Of a DNA stretch of 64,000 nt, positions 62,699 to 64,000 are shown piece after piece (position 1 is the first letter of the stretch; the number at the start of each line of letters is the position of its first letter). This stretch comes from Dehalococcoidia bacterium. GTDB lineage: Bacteria; Chloroflexota; Dehalococcoidia; Lucifugimonadales; CAZENU01. The position numbers were made by a program, and so were the translations under genes. Below the pieces are notes generated by a model. That model saw nothing but the letters and a program-made list of their open reading frames with translations. It searched no databases and was not told where the DNA came from. Where the stretch lies: the NCBI GenBank assembly GCA_965220785.1, contig CBDCQW010000003.1, forward strand, positions 702,003-766,002, read 5' to 3'.

Positions 62699-64000
62699 AG
62701 CCCTCGACGCGCGACTTCAAGCGCGCTGCCGCCGCCGCGGTCGATGACAGGCAGGTCCAGGCCAATCTCGAAGGTCTCTACCGGGGCTTCCACCAGGCAC
62801 GCGAGCGGGCCGCCGCGGACACCCCTGACTGGGAGTCGATGCGAGACCGCGCCCGCGAAGTCAAGGCCCACACCCTGGCCAATCTCGACCACTACCTGGA
62901 GATGGCCGAGCGCAACGTCCAGGCGGCCGGCGGCAACGTCTTTTTCGCCGGCGACGCCGAGGCGGCTGCACGGTACGTGCTGGACCTGGCGAGAGACAGG
63001 GGCGTAAGGGTCGCCATCAAGAGCAAGTCGATGCTGTCCGAGGAGATGGGGCTGAACGAACTCCTCACGAAGGAGGGCGTCGAGCCCGTCGAGACCGACC
63101 TGGGCGAGTACATCATCCAGCTCGCGGACGAGACTCCCTTCCACATCATCGCGCCCGCCATCCACAAGTCCAGGGAGGAAGTCTCCACGCTCTTCCAGGA
63201 GAAGCACGGCACGCGGCGCCACGAGGATATCGAGGACCTGACCGCCGAGGCCCGCGACCAGCTCCGCGGCAAGTTCGTGCAGGCCGACATGGGCATCACC
63301 GGCGCCAACTTCGTGGTGGCCGAGACCGGCACGGTCGTCCTGGTGACAAACGAGGGCAACGGCCGCATGTGCACCTCGATGCCGCGCATCCACGTGGCCA
63401 TCATGGGAATGGAGCGGGTTGTCCCCTCCCTGGAGGACATGGGAATCTTCCTCCGGCTGCTGATCCGGTCGGCGACCGGGCAGCGGATCAGCAGCTACGT
63501 CACGACCGTCACCGGCCCCAGGGCGGAGGGCGCCGAGGACGGCCCCGACGAGTTCCACCTGGTCGTGGTCGACAACGGCCGGTCGCGCCTCCTCGCCGAC
63601 CCGGAGCTGCGCGAGGCGCTGTTCTGTATCCGCTGCGGGGCCTGCCTCAACGCCTGCCCCGTCTACCGCAAAGTCGGCGGGCACTCCTACGGTTGGGTGT
63701 ACCCCGGACCCATCGGCGCCGTCGTGTCGCCGATGCTGACCGATCTGTCCGACGCACGGGACCTGCCCTACGCCTCCACCCTCTGCGGCAACTGCAGGGA
63801 GGTCTGCCCGGTGCGGATCGACATACCGCGCATGTTGCTGCACCTGCGCAAGGAGCTGACCGTCGGCGAGACCTACCCCGAGGCCCGGAGCGCTCCCCTG
63901 TCGGAGCGGCTCGCGATGAAGCTGTGGCGCGTCGCCGTCGGCAGCCCGATGGCGATGCGCGCCGCGAATGTGCTGGGCAGGCTCGCCATGGTGCCGCTGC
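62695..64000 (+). CDS. lutB: LutB-like iron-sulfur lactate utilisation protein, 3'-partial
   Basis: The GTG overlaps the lutA stop (GTGA). Contains ...IKSKSMLSEEMGLN..., two 4Fe-4S motifs CIRCGACLNACP and CGNCREVCP. The open frame runs to the window end and is not in the supplied track. Confidence 0.8.
   Translation, partial: MKPSTRDFKRAAAAAVDDRQVQANLEGLYRGFHQARERAAADTPDWESMRDRAREVKAHTLANLDHYLEMAERNVQAAGGNVFFAGDAEAAARYVLDLARDRGVRVAIKSKSMLSEEMGLNELLTKEGVEPVETDLGEYIIQLADETPFHIIAPAIHKSREEVSTLFQEKHGTRRHEDIEDLTAEARDQLRGKFVQADMGITGANFVVAETGTVVLVTNEGNGRMCTSMPRIHVAIMGMERVVPSLEDMGIFLRLLIRSATGQRISSYVTTVTGPRAEGAEDGPDEFHLVVVDNGRSRLLADPELREALFCIRCGACLNACPVYRKVGGHSYGWVYPGPIGAVVSPMLTDLSDARDLPYASTLCGNCREVCPVRIDIPRMLLHLRKELTVGETYPEARSAPLSERLAMKLWRVAVGSPMAMRAANVLGRLAMVPL

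Overview
High-G+C (by eye mid-60s %) bacterial chromosomal window. The F420-type enzymes, Ku and dense REP-like hairpin repeats suggest Chloroflexota or Actinomycetota, but this is inference only. Most of the window is housekeeping or metabolic: RNase II/R, RidA, an ABC substrate-binding protein, Gfo/Idh/MocA oxidoreductases, a rhamnonate-dehydratase-like enolase, nadE, an aminotransferase, comB-like, SulP, D-aminoacylase plus amidase, argC, glnS, proBA and lutAB. Four things stand out. (1) A ~10.6-kb compositionally mosaic accessory island (about 6.15-16.7 kb) carries a Phd antitoxin with a decayed PIN partner and an AlbA_2/Schlafen-like protein. It also holds a tandem DUF4268-like protein, a fused PD-(D/E)xK plus N6-adenine methyltransferase (type IIG/ISP-like), a translationally coupled ABC-type AAA_21 ATPase + DUF4276 pair (split-OLD/PARIS-like candidate defence module) and a DUF2335 protein. 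A stranded ~50-codon response-regulator fragment lies between modules, and no integrase is present. (2) A previously unrecognised (to me) three-copy ~230-270-nt element has a conserved promoter-like box followed by an array of TGGAACA/TGTTCCA hairpins with mutually exclusive pairings. Two inverted copies bracket the island. (3) A class II tRNA (anticodon CAA by my fold, discriminator G73), with its own promoter-like box, sits inside a disrupted DapA-family gene. (4) A second decayed accessory islet (47-51.1 kb) holds an intact IS1380-family element, a 273-bp solo copy of its end at 44.1 kb, TA remnants and unannotated zinc-ribbon mini-ORFs, and abuts a glnS that lacks a canonical start. Other notable items are a hicAB cassette plus an orphan hicB with a hicA deletion scar. 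There is also a GPH-type MFS + AMP-ligase/ACP/acyltransferase pair, a 937-aa duplicated-domain surface protein with long Thr-Pro repeats, and several REP/BIME-like repeat clusters. Many long ORFs in the supplied track are alternative-frame or antisense artefacts of high G+C and were not called.
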